Below are positions 37,237 to 46,589 of a stretch of DNA of 64,000 nt, piece by piece (the first letter of the stretch is position 1; each line of letters starts with the position of its first letter). Both the position numbers and the translations under genes were made by a program. The DNA lies in NCBI GenBank assembly GCA_025594325.1, contig JANHCV010000006.1, positions 1,860,001 through 1,924,000 of the forward strand, given 5' to 3'. Origin of the DNA: Blastocladiella emersonii ATCC 22665. Lineage: Eukaryota; Fungi; Blastocladiomycota. Below the pieces are notes generated by a model. That model was not told where the DNA came from, searched no databases, and worked only from the letters and a program-made list of their open reading frames with translations.

Positions 37237-40200
37237 TCACGTCGCCGGTGGAATCTCGCCCTCCGCGCCCATCGCGACCGCGGCCGTCTCGTCGTGCGCG
37301 TGAAGATGATGGTGGTGCGAGTGGTGAGCGTGGTGGTGCGGGTGGTGATGGTGGTGCATGTCGGGTGGTGGATGCTGGTGGTGCATCGCCATCTCGGCGA
37401 CCATCTCGGCGCGCTCGGCCGCCGCCGCCGCCTCGGACATGGACCACTGCTCAGCAGCACTCGCCTCCTCGCTGACGGGCGGGCCTGGATCCGCCGCCGC
37501 GGCTGCTGCTGCAGCAGCTGCTGCGACGAGGTGCGGGTGCGCGTGCGGGTGCGCGTGGTGGTGGTCTGGCGGATGCTGCGCGTGCGCGTGCTGCTGGTGC
37601 TGAGCGCCCTTGACGCGGGCGACGTAGCTGCGGAGCCACGGCACGCGGAGGGCCTCGGGCATGGCGAGGAACATGGTGAGCGGTTTCTCGTCGAGGAGCA
37701 CGAACCCGGCGTCGAGCAGGAGCTCCGAGTCGACCGCATCGTCGTCGCTACCGCCCAGCGGGTGCGCGCTGTCACCACCCGTGTGCCGCGACGACAGCCA
37801 CGCCATGGCGGCGGCCATACCCGGATGCGCGGGCGACGCGGTGCTCGTGTGGTGGTGGTCGCCGGGGCTCGCGTGCACGACGGCGAGCGCGGCCGAGAGC
37901 GCAGGCAGGAGCGACGCGAGGGTACCAGACGCGGGCGCGGGCGCGTTGAGCGCCGCGGGACCGCCGTGCTGCATCATGTACTGGGTCAGCGACGTGAGGC
38001 AGGTCACGACGAGCGACGCGAGCGAGGGCGGCGGGGCAGCGGCGGTCGCCGTGCCGTGCGCTTCTGCGGCGGGGTCGTAGTGGTGCGAGTGCGGGTGCGA
38101 CGGTTGCGGCGGCGGAAGGGGCAGCGAGGTGGGCGGGTATGCAAGGGGTTGCTGCTGCTCCTGCTGCTGCGCTGATGGCCGCGGCCGCTTGGCGGAAGCC
38201 GACGCCGACTCGAACACCGCGGGATCGTCGTCGAGCTCGGCGAGCGCGCGCTTGAGCGACGACGACGAGACCGGCTGAGATTGTTGTTCGGGCAGCGGCT
38301 GCGGGGTTGGCGGCGCGGCATGAGCAGCGACCTCGCCACCGTCGCCGTGGGCGAGGACGTAGTCGCCGATCACGTTGGGCGTGCTCGCGGGTTCGAGCGG
38401 GACGCTCGTTGCGTGCTCGTGCTGGTGGTGGTGCATCACGCCCGCGGCCTCGGGCGACCCGGAGCCGGACTGGACGGGCGTGACCATGCCCGTGCCGGGG
38501 GTTGACTCGGCAAGGCTCGCGGCGGCAGCGGCCGCGGCAGCCGCATCCGCGTCCGAGACCTCGGGCTTGGGCGCAATGAGCACGGGCGAGGACCCGTCGG
38601 CGGCGGACCCAGGAGTCACCTCACCGCTGGTCCCCGGCGGCGGGGGCGCGTGGGCGTGGGCGTGGGCGTGTGGTGGCGGCGGGGGCGGAATCGGCGCGCC
38701 GGGGTGCATATGCGGCGGGAGCGCGTGCGGGTGCGGGTGAGGCGGCGGGAGGAGCGGCGGCGGGATCATTCCACCGTACCCGGCGGCGATGGCAGCGGCC
38801 ATGGTAGACGGGCTGAAGCTACTCGTCGGAGGGTATTGAGGGTGGTGTTGATGTTGGTGTGAGCTGCCCGCCGTTCCTGATCCAGCTACTGCTGCTGCTG
38901 CCGCGTCCCCGGCAGCCCACAGCGGCGGTACGTACGAGGACGGCGAGCCGAACGGGAACGCGGCGGGCCCGGGAGCGCCGGCGTGGCCGAGCATGCCCTG
39001 CGGGAGACCCATGCCGGTGCTGAGCCGCTGGTGCACGGCCGCAGCGGCAGCCGCGGCAGCGGCGGCGTCGGTGAGCGGGTCCGAACCGAACGGGCGGTAC
39101 ACACGCATGTAGTTGAGCGCGGCGTTGGCATAGTCGGTGGGCGGCGGTGGCCTTGGGGCTGCGGGCGTAGCGAGCGCGTTGACCGCAGGGGCAGCCGCAG
39201 CACTCGTCGCGAGGCCCGTCGAGATTGCCGTCGTGGGCGGCTGCTGCTGCTGCTGGGCCGGCGCTGGCGGGGGCGAGGAGGCCGGGTTGGGCTGGATCTT
39301 CTTGCCGGTCGTGCGCGGGGGTGGCTGAGCGGGCAGGAGCGGAGGTGGGACATGGTGGTGGGTAGCCGAGGTCGGCGAGACGATGCCGGGGTGGACGAGT
39401 GCGGCGACCGAGGCGGGCGGAGCCGAACCCGCCGACGAAGTCGAGGCAGCCGCGACCGCGTCCTGGGCGTGGACGTGGACATGCCCGCCGGTGATACCGG
39501 CCTTGAGGGCAGCGCTGGCAGCGGCGGCGGCCTTGCCGGCCGAGGAGAGCGCGTACTGGCCCGAGGACGAGGCCATGTTGGACCCGCCCCAGAGGCGGTC
39601 GCACTTGTCGAAGAGGCGGAACGGGTGGACGCGAAACTTGCGCGCGGTGCGGCGGTACGCGTCGCATGCGAGGGCCGAGCAGTAGGCGTCCCAGACCTCC
39701 TCAGGCGCCGTAGGCATGCCGCGCTCCGCGTCCCACACGAACCCCTCGGTCGAGCGCAGCTCGCTGATGGTCTTCCACTCGCGGCGCAGGATGTTGTGGC
39801 GCGACTTGACCTGGTTGCGCTGGAGCGTCATGCCGAAGCGCGTGGCAAGCTCCTCGGTGACGCGCTCCCACTCGGCGGGCTTGAAGGCGGTCTCGAGCGG
39901 CGGGCGCTCCTGCTTGAGGTCGAGCAGTACGTCGATGAGGGCCTCGTCGCGGGTCACGTTCCACTCGGCCTTGCCGGCGGGCGCAGCGGGTGCCGGGGTC
40001 TCGGTCGCGGGGCCAGCGGCGGGGTCTTCTGCAGGTGCAGCGGCCGGATCAGCGGGCAGGGGAGCAGCCGGGTCGGCGAGGAGCGGGGTCGGGTTGGTGA
40101 GGGCGGACTCGAGGAAGGAGAGGCGGCGCGCGGCAGCCGTGGGCTGGATGTGGTGGAACGGGGTCTGCTGCTGCTGCTGCTGCTGCTCCTGCTGCTGTTG

Positions 40201-40743
40201 CGGAGCCGGCGGCGGTTGCTGCTGCGGGGGCAGGGCGGGAGGAAACGCGTGGACGGCTGCCGGCTCGGGTGGCGCCGTGAAGGGTTCCGCGACGCGTTCG
40301 GGCGCGGGAACCGGCACCGGTGGCGGTGCCGGGGCGAGCGTGACAAAGGTCGACACGGACACGGACGGTGCCGGCGTCACGGTGGGCGTGTGGGCGGCCG
40401 AGTTCGGGTGCGACAGCGTGAACGGGTGCGCGATGGCGGGCGACGACATGACCGACTGCGAGGGCATGTGCGGCGACAGCGTGTCGGGCGTGCTCGCAGC
40501 AGCTAGTGCGCCGGGCGCTGAGGCAGAAGACGACGACGACGCGTGCGGCGGCGCTGGCGCGAGCAGATGATGCGGGTGCGGCAGGGCAGCCGTCGTCACG
40601 GGAGCCGAGACGGCCGACAGGGCGGGCGGGGCGGGCGCAGGCGCGACCGGCTGCAAATGGTGGTGGTGCGCCATGGCGGCGGGGACGGCGGCAGACGCAG
40701 CAGCGCCCATCAGCGCCATGGCCATGGACGTGGCGGGGTCCAT
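37237..40743 (-). CDS. Myb/SANT-like DNA-binding protein (Harbinger ORF1 / At2g29880-like), intronless, low-complexity flanks
   Basis: AEWNVTRDEALIDVLL...FKPAEWERVTEEL...QVKSRHNILRREW...GFVWDAERGMPTAPEEVWDAY. C-terminal DAGFVLLDEKPLTMFLAMPEALRVPWL. Confidence 0.8.
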   Translation of the reverse strand: MDPATSMAMALMGAAASAAVPAAMAHHHHLQPVAPAPAPPALSAVSAPVTTAALPHPHHLLAPAPPHASSSSSASAPGALAAASTPDTLSPHMPSQSVMSSPAIAHPFTLSHPNSAAHTPTVTPAPSVSVSTFVTLAPAPPPVPVPAPERVAEPFTAPPEPAAVHAFPPALPPQQQPPPAPQQQQEQQQQQQQTPFHHIQPTAAARRLSFLESALTNPTPLLADPAAPLPADPAAAPAEDPAAGPATETPAPAAPAGKAEWNVTRDEALIDVLLDLKQERPPLETAFKPAEWERVTEELATRFGMTLQRNQVKSRHNILRREWKTISELRSTEGFVWDAERGMPTAPEEVWDAYCSALACDAYRRTARKFRVHPFRLFDKCDRLWGGSNMASSSGQYALSSAGKAAAAASAALKAGITGGHVHVHAQDAVAAASTSSAGSAPPASVAALVHPGIVSPTSATHHHVPPPLLPAQPPPRTTGKKIQPNPASSPPPAPAQQQQQPPTTAISTGLATSAAAAPAVNALATPAAPRPPPPTDYANAALNYMRVYRPFGSDPLTDAAAAAAAAAAVHQRLSTGMGLPQGMLGHAGAPGPAAFPFGSPSSYVPPLWAAGDAAAAAVAGSGTAGSSHQHQHHPQYPPTSSFSPSTMAAAIAAGYGGMIPPPLLPPPHPHPHALPPHMHPGAPIPPPPPPHAHAHAHAPPPPGTSGEVTPGSAADGSSPVLIAPKPEVSDADAAAAAAAAASLAESTPGTGMVTPVQSGSGSPEAAGVMHHHQHEHATSVPLEPASTPNVIGDYVLAHGDGGEVAAHAAPPTPQPLPEQQSQPVSSSSLKRALAELDDDPAVFESASASAKRPRPSAQQQEQQQPLAYPPTSLPLPPPQPSHPHSHHYDPAAEAHGTATAAAPPPSLASLVVTCLTSLTQYMMQHGGPAALNAPAPASGTLASLLPALSAALAVVHASPGDHHHTSTASPAHPGMAAAMAWLSSRHTGGDSAHPLGGSDDDAVDSELLLDAGFVLLDEKPLTMFLAMPEALRVPWLRSYVARVKGAQHQQHAHAQHPPDHHHAHPHAHPHLVAAAAAAAAAAADPGPPVSEEASAAEQWSMSEAAAAAERAEMVAEMAMHHQHPPPDMHHHHHPHHHAHHSHHHHLHAHDETAAVAMGAEGEIPPAT

Positions 40744-41243
40744 GGTTACGGCGTCGGGGACAGCGGATCGGAGGCGACTACACCAGCGGGCGCGGGTTCG
40801 GCATCAGCGGGCGCGGTTCATAGTGATCCATCGTGGCAGGCATGCATGGGGAGAGGGCGCTCACCTCAGCGGGACGGCTGCAGCGGCAGATGCGCGAGCT
40901 GGCGGGGCAGAGCGAGCGCGAATCGAGACCGACGCGTGCCGGGCAGCCTGGAGAGCGAATCTGTTTTCGCGCGGTTTGGCCGGCTGATCGCCCCCCGAAA
41001 ACGAGTTTCCGCGCATCACCTGCCGTCACGCGACCCGCACCACGTACTGTCTCGCACCGCGTCGCGTCTCGCGCCTCACGCTTCGCCAACGCCCGCCGTC
41101 CCGACCACCCGCAAAATCCGTTGACGGTTACATCGGCCCCGCTGCACTGCCCGTGCCGCCGGTCCCGCCATGCAACCCCGCCTCGATCCCATGCACCGCT
41201 GCCGCCCGCCCGCACCCACGCCGCGGCCGCCCCAACCACCAGC

Positions 41244-42563
41244 ATGTGCCGCGTCGACAAGGACCCGGTCGCGCAATACGCGTCTCTCGCGCTGTCGGTC
41301 GCCGTCCTCTCCGTGTGCCTGCGCTGGCTCTACACGTCGTGGCTGCAGTGGTCCGCGAACCGCATGCACTCGGCGCGCACGCTCGTCCGGTCCGGCACGC
41401 TGCGCTCCGTGTCGCGGTTCGGCTCGCTCGCCCAGATCGACGTCTCGCTGCTCCTCTACGTCGCGTGGCTCTTCTTCACGCTCGACCAGGCCGCCCTCGT
41501 CGCCTACCTGCTGTCCTACGTCGTCGCGTGCCCCGCCGGGTGCCGCAACTTCATCCCGCCCATCTCGCCCGACTGCCCCGCCGGCGCCTTTGTCTCGCTG
41601 CTCATCCACTTCCAGACCTTCGGCACCACGCTCTTTGTCAGCGCCACCGTCCTGCGCTTCGCCGAGGCCTTCTCGATGCTGTCGTGGCGCCGCTTCATCC
41701 TGTGTCGCGCGCTGCTCGGCTTCCTCGCCCTCGTGTGCCTCACGCGCTTCGTCCTGATGCTCGCGTCGGACGTGTTCGGCAACGACGAGTCGCTGTTCCC
41801 GCGCACTCGCCCCGACTACGATCTCTTCTGGGATATCGTCACGTTCGGTGGCTCGGGTCTTCTCGCCATCGACGGGTTCGTCGACATCGGCGCCCTGTCC
41901 ATGGGCCTGTGGTACATGCGTGACATCGACCGCGAGCTGTCGCTCAGCCAGAACCTCGGCCAGACGTACCGCGCCAGTCTCGGCAACGCGGCGGGAGTGG
42001 GCGCATCGACTGGTGTCCTGTTCGCGCCCTCGGCCTCGACCGTCCAGCTCGCCGATCCCACGCCCGGCGCGCCCAAGCCCGCCGCCTCGCCAACCACTGC
42101 CCACTCGCCCACCGCGGGCACCGCAGGCACCCTGTCCGCGCCACCGCCGGCGCCGCACCCGAGCGTCATGCGCGCGCTGACCGAGGAGCGGCTGCACGTC
42201 CGCCGCGTGCGCGTCGCCATCTGCATCAGCCTCGCCATTCTGCTCACGTTCCCGGTCCTCATGTTCCTGCCCGCGTACCAGGCGCTCCCGCTCGTCGTCG
42301 AGAACACCGTCAACACGACGATGCTCAAGGTCTACGCCATGGCATCGACGTCAGCCATCCGCGGCGCGCGGCGCGTCTCGGCTATTCGGCGGCGCATGAG
42401 CACGCTCGTCGTGCTGGCCGCGGATCTCGTGCCGGACCTCGCGGCAGCGTCGGCCGCGGGACCTGGGCCGGTTGGCGGCGTCGGATCGCCGCGACACTCG
42501 GCGTCGAGTCCGGTGCATGACGGGCCACCACGATTGCAGTTTGATCGCTCCATGAATAGATAA
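41244..42563 (+). CDS. Orphan 7-transmembrane protein B (paralog of A), intronless
   Basis: Seven hydrophobic segments. Shares WxxFxLDQxA, CPAxC-x10-C, LFVxATxxRFxxAFxxLSW, FPR, HxRRxR and LKxY with protein A. Longer third cytoplasmic loop. Confidence 0.8.
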   Translation: MCRVDKDPVAQYASLALSVAVLSVCLRWLYTSWLQWSANRMHSARTLVRSGTLRSVSRFGSLAQIDVSLLLYVAWLFFTLDQAALVAYLLSYVVACPAGCRNFIPPISPDCPAGAFVSLLIHFQTFGTTLFVSATVLRFAEAFSMLSWRRFILCRALLGFLALVCLTRFVLMLASDVFGNDESLFPRTRPDYDLFWDIVTFGGSGLLAIDGFVDIGALSMGLWYMRDIDRELSLSQNLGQTYRASLGNAAGVGASTGVLFAPSASTVQLADPTPGAPKPAASPTTAHSPTAGTAGTLSAPPPAPHPSVMRALTEERLHVRRVRVAICISLAILLTFPVLMFLPAYQALPLVVENTVNTTMLKVYAMASTSAIRGARRVSAIRRRMSTLVVLAADLVPDLAAASAAGPGPVGGVGSPRHSASSPVHDGPPRLQFDRSMNR

Positions 42564-42619
42564 ATATTTCAGCTCTATATCATACGAATTCAAACAGTAT
42601 CGTGTCCACCTCCTCGAGA

Positions 42620-42915
42620 TCAGCTCATCTTGGTGTTGAGCGAAAAGTTGCGGTACGGGCCGGCCTTGGACAGGTGCTACACGGGCACGCGATGCTGCTG
42701 TCAGTGTTTGATCCTCGGCAGCACGTCGGCAAGAGTGAACGCACCTCGGAGAACTTCTTGCTCACGGTATACCGCTCCTTGGGCATGTCCTTGGGCGCCG
42801 GGACCAGCTTGCCGTACTCGTTGGCCGTCGTCGTGAAGAGCGGGTGCTGCTCCTTGACCCGGTACTGCCACGGTACCTCGTTGACGATCTTGGCCGACGC
42901 TTTCGACTCGGGCAT
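42620..42915 (-). CDS. Pierce1/Pierce2-like (DUF4490) axonemal microtubule inner protein, 75 aa (intron 42677-42744)
   Basis: The spliced product YRVKEQHPLFTTTANEYGKLVPAPKDMPKERYTVSKKFSE|HLSKAGPYRNFSLNT matches the remembered Pierce pattern (HPxYxTxxxxYG...P...MP...S.KFS..L..G.FRN..LN). Clean GT-AG intron restores the C-terminal motif. Confidence 0.82.
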
Positions 42916-43250
42916 GGTGCTTGCGGGTGGTGGTGGTGGTGCGGGTTCTTGGACACGGAGACGCGGATGGGCGGAGGACAGTGTAACGTTCCGCCGGAAC
43001 GGGAAACGAGGACGACGCGGAGCCTACGCTGCCGGCCATATTATCTCGCACTTTGCTGACGCGCGATGCGAATGCGCGCGAAAACGCGTCTTCAAAAGTG
43101 TCTCGCATCCAGTGCGTGACCGGACAACCCCGTCAGGTGACGCGCAGCAGCGCCACTTTCTCTGCCGCTGCCGATCCTCTCGCTTTCTCCACCCCAGACC
43201 GCCACGGCGACGCACGAAGCTCACGCATCACCCACGTAACACACACTGCA

Positions 43251-44560
43251 ATGGGCCGCGGCCATCGATTCGGAACGCACGGCGGCGGCGCCGGCAGCAA
43301 GGCCGCGCGCTACGCGGGCAGCGCGGCGAGCGCGGGCGACCTGGACGGCGAGGGCGGCGTGCAGCACGCGGCCATCAAGGTGCCGCTCGCCATGTGGGAT
43401 TTCGAGCACTGCGACCCGAAGCGGTGCTCGGGCAAGAAGCTGGCGCGCCTCGGCTTGATCCGCACCCTCAAGGTGTCGCAGCGGTTCGCCGGCATCATCC
43501 TGAGTCCCGAGGGGAAGCGCGCCATCAGCCCCGCCGACCGCGATATCGTGCGCCAGCACGGCCTCTGCGTCGTCGAGTGCTCGTGGGCACGCCTCGACGA
43601 GGTGCCCTTTAACCGCATCAAGTCGCCGCACGACCGACTGCGTACGCGCCTTGCTCGCCGCTTTTTCGGGTGAGGGCGCTGTGTTGATGGCTCTGGTGAT
43701 GAATGCGTCTAGTGCCCTTCCTCGTCGCGTCCAACCCCGTCAACTACGGCCGCCCGTGGCGCCTCAACTGTGTCGAGGCCCTAGCCGCGTCGTTCTACAT
43801 CACCGGTACGGCTCGACTTTTCGTTGCTCAGTATGACACCTCGCTGACACCCTGCGTCGAAGGCTTCAAGGACTACGGTGACGAGCTCATGAGCCGATTC
43901 ACCTGGGGCCACGCCTTCTACGAGCTCAACGAGTACGACTCCTCGCCTCGCCAGCTCGTTTCCGCGCCCGCTCACCGTCTTCGCGTCTCGGTAGGACCCT
44001 TTTCGAGCTGTACTCTAAGTGCAAGGACTCGGCCGAAGTCGTCGAGGTCCAGAACAAGTACATTAAGGAGCTCGAGGAGGAGCACGGTACGCTGTCAATG
44101 CATTTCAGTCTCATTCTCGCACGCTCTAACCGTCTTGAAATGCGTGCGTGTAGCTTCCTCTCGCCGCCGCACCGCCATGACCAACGGCGACGAGGGCGAC
44201 GAGCTGTTTGTCAACACGAACCGCATGGCGCCCATCGGCTACACCAAGAACGCCGATGCTTCCTCGTCCGACAACGACAGCGAGAGCGAGGCCGAGGCCA
44301 AGGCGGCTCCGGCGCCCGCTCCCCAGCCCGCGCGGCGAACCACCAACATCTTCGGCGGCGACTCTTCGTCCGACGAGGATGACAGTGACGACGACGACCA
44401 GCCGCGCGCCTCGGCGCTGCCGTCGCGCAAGTCGGGCGGGATCGAGGCCGACCTGCCACCAGGGTTCAGCGACGACGAGGACGAGGACAGTGAGGACGAG
44501 GAGGAGAGCTTGCCGACCAAGGCAATGGTCGACCGGTTCGGAAACTTGATTGTTGAGTAA
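43251..44560 (+). CDS. TSR3: 18S rRNA aminocarboxypropyltransferase TSR3, multi-exon
   Basis: LAMWDFEHCDPKRCSGKKL, LSPEG...SPAD, VECSWARL, LPFLVASNPVNYGRPWRLNCVEA, FTWGHAFYELN; acidic C-terminal tail. Confidence 0.96.
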
Positions 44561-44915
44561 CAATTAAAGCGCGTTGTTTGATCGAAATAGTGATGGCGAA
44601 CGAGCCCGACGTGACTCCGTCCGCTGCGTCCGCGCGTCCGCGCCCACACGCTCCGCTCGACCCGCGTGCACCATGAACGTGTGCCGCTGCGTTCAGCACT
44701 GCTGGCCGCAGCGTGTGGCGAGGGTGCGGCGCTCGCCCCTCGTGGCGAGCAGCGGCCGGCCGGGTTCAGTGCCGAGCGAGTCGACGGGCGCCCACGCCAT
44801 TTCCCCAGCCTCGACGCCCAGGCCGCACCGCCGCGGCACCGCGGCCGCTCATATTTTTGGCCGCTGCAGCCGAAATGAAGCACGGCGTGACGCGACACGT
44901 CCGAAGAGGGCGGGG

Positions 44916-44930
44916 CGGACTATAAAGTCG
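44916..44930 (+). promoter_or_regulatory. TATA box inside a palindromic 15-mer CGGACTATAAAGTCG
   Basis: TATAAA at 44921-44926, about 110 bp upstream of the ATG at 45039. The same 15-mer occurs at 60977-60991 on the minus strand. Confidence 0.7.
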
Positions 44931-45038
44931 CGGGTCCCCCTCGCCCCTCCATCAACGCTGCGATCACACACACTACAAGTAGAGAGCTGGCCTCTTACCC
45001 CACACCCACCCTCATCACCCAAGACGCACATATTCAAC

Positions 45039-46289
45039 ATGACTTTCGCTCCCGTCTGCCCTCCTCCCCAGCCCCAGCCCTGCCCTCCAGCTGGCGGGCA
45101 CGGTAGTGGATCTGGATCGCACCACGGCGGCGGCGGCGGCGGTGCCCAGCACGGCGGCGCCCATAACTCGACTGGCGGCGGCGCTCATCACGGTGGTGGC
45201 CATTCGACTGGCGGCGGCGTTCATCACGGTGGTGGCCATTCGACTGGCGGCGGCGCTCATCACGGCGGAGCCCACAACTCGACGGGCGGCGGCGCTCATC
45301 ACGGCGCAGGCCAGCATCAGGGCGGCGGCGCCCATAACGGCGCAGGCCAGCACCAGGGCGGCGGCTCGGCCCACCACGGCGGAAACGGCTCGGGATCGGG
45401 TAACCACAACCAGCATGATGGAGGCTACATTGGCGGCGGCGGCGCTCACAACGGAGGCCACTCGACGGGCGGCGGCGCCCACAGCGGCTCGGGATCGGGC
45501 GGGAACCACGGCGCTGGCCAGCACCAGGGCGGCGGTTCGGCCCACGGCGGAAACCACCACAACCAGCACGATGGGTCCTCGTCGGGCGGCTGGAACTCGG
45601 GCCACGGCGCTGGCCAGCATCAGGGCGGCGGTTCGACCCACAGCGGAAACCACCAGCAGCACGATACTGGCTACTCGGGCGGCTGGAACTCGGGCTCTGG
45701 CCAGCACAGCGGAAACGGCCAGTGGAACTCGGGGCACGGCTCGACGGGCTCGGGTAACCACCAGAACCAGCACCAGCACGATGGATCGTCGTCGGGCGGC
45801 TGGAACTCGGGCCACGGTAGCAGCAACGGCGGGCAGTGGAACTCGGGCTCTGGCCAGCACAACGGCGGCGGCCAGAACCAGCACGATGGATCGTCGTCGG
45901 GCGGGTGGAACGCGGGCCACGGCAGCTCCGGGAACGGCCAGTGGAACCACGGCGGCCAGGGCAACTGCGACTACTCGTCGGGCGGCGGCGCGGGCAGCTC
46001 GCACTCGGAGTGGGGCCACTCGCAGTGGTCGTGGGGCGACGCCGGGTACTCGTCGGGCGGCGCCGGTGCGGGCAACCCCGCTGGCGTGCCAGGCGAGATG
46101 CACATCATGCCCATCAACCAGCACCAGGTCGACGTCGCGCAGGGCGGCGCGGGCGCCGGCGACATGAGCATGCACATCATGCCGTTCGGCGACGAGCTGT
46201 CGGCGGCCATGGCCTCGGCCCACGCTTCGGCCGGCGCTCACTCGTCGTTCGACATGTCGTCGGTCATCGCAGCTCACCCCGGCTGCTAA
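45039..46289 (+). CDS. Gly/His/Asn/Ser-rich repeat protein (416 aa), no signal peptide
   Basis: Single GC3-biased ORF after a TATA box. Cys/Pro N-terminus, HNSTGGGAHHGG and QHDGSSSGGWNSGHG repeats, and a duplicated MHIMP motif near the C-terminus. Confidence 0.85.
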   Translation: MTFAPVCPPPQPQPCPPAGGHGSGSGSHHGGGGGGAQHGGAHNSTGGGAHHGGGHSTGGGVHHGGGHSTGGGAHHGGAHNSTGGGAHHGAGQHQGGGAHNGAGQHQGGGSAHHGGNGSGSGNHNQHDGGYIGGGGAHNGGHSTGGGAHSGSGSGGNHGAGQHQGGGSAHGGNHHNQHDGSSSGGWNSGHGAGQHQGGGSTHSGNHQQHDTGYSGGWNSGSGQHSGNGQWNSGHGSTGSGNHQNQHQHDGSSSGGWNSGHGSSNGGQWNSGSGQHNGGGQNQHDGSSSGGWNAGHGSSGNGQWNHGGQGNCDYSSGGGAGSSHSEWGHSQWSWGDAGYSSGGAGAGNPAGVPGEMHIMPINQHQVDVAQGGAGAGDMSMHIMPFGDELSAAMASAHASAGAHSSFDMSSVIAAHPGC

Positions 46290-46589
46290 CGCAAGCTCCT
46301 CTCGATCGCCCTGCGCCCGGCTGGGACGGCGCAGATGTACAATTTCCGTGTGTTGATTTAAAGAAAACAATCTCATTCATTCATTCATCATCATCGCGGT
46401 TCATGTTGAGTTGTGAGAGCGAGAGCGAGTTCGCGACCTCGGCCAACTTTCGAGCTCCCGATCGCCTCGCCAACGCCTACCTCCGTCCCTCACGTCCCAC
46501 ACGACCTGAAGCTGACGCTGACCGAGTTGGCTCTGTACAACACCAATGCAGACTCTATCAAAACACCCAATCGCCGAACCCAGTTAACC

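Noticed and set aside
36950-41240. Intact non-autonomous Harbinger element around the Myb/SANT gene
   Set aside because: No terminal inverted repeats or TAA/TTA target duplication found by eye in the flanks.
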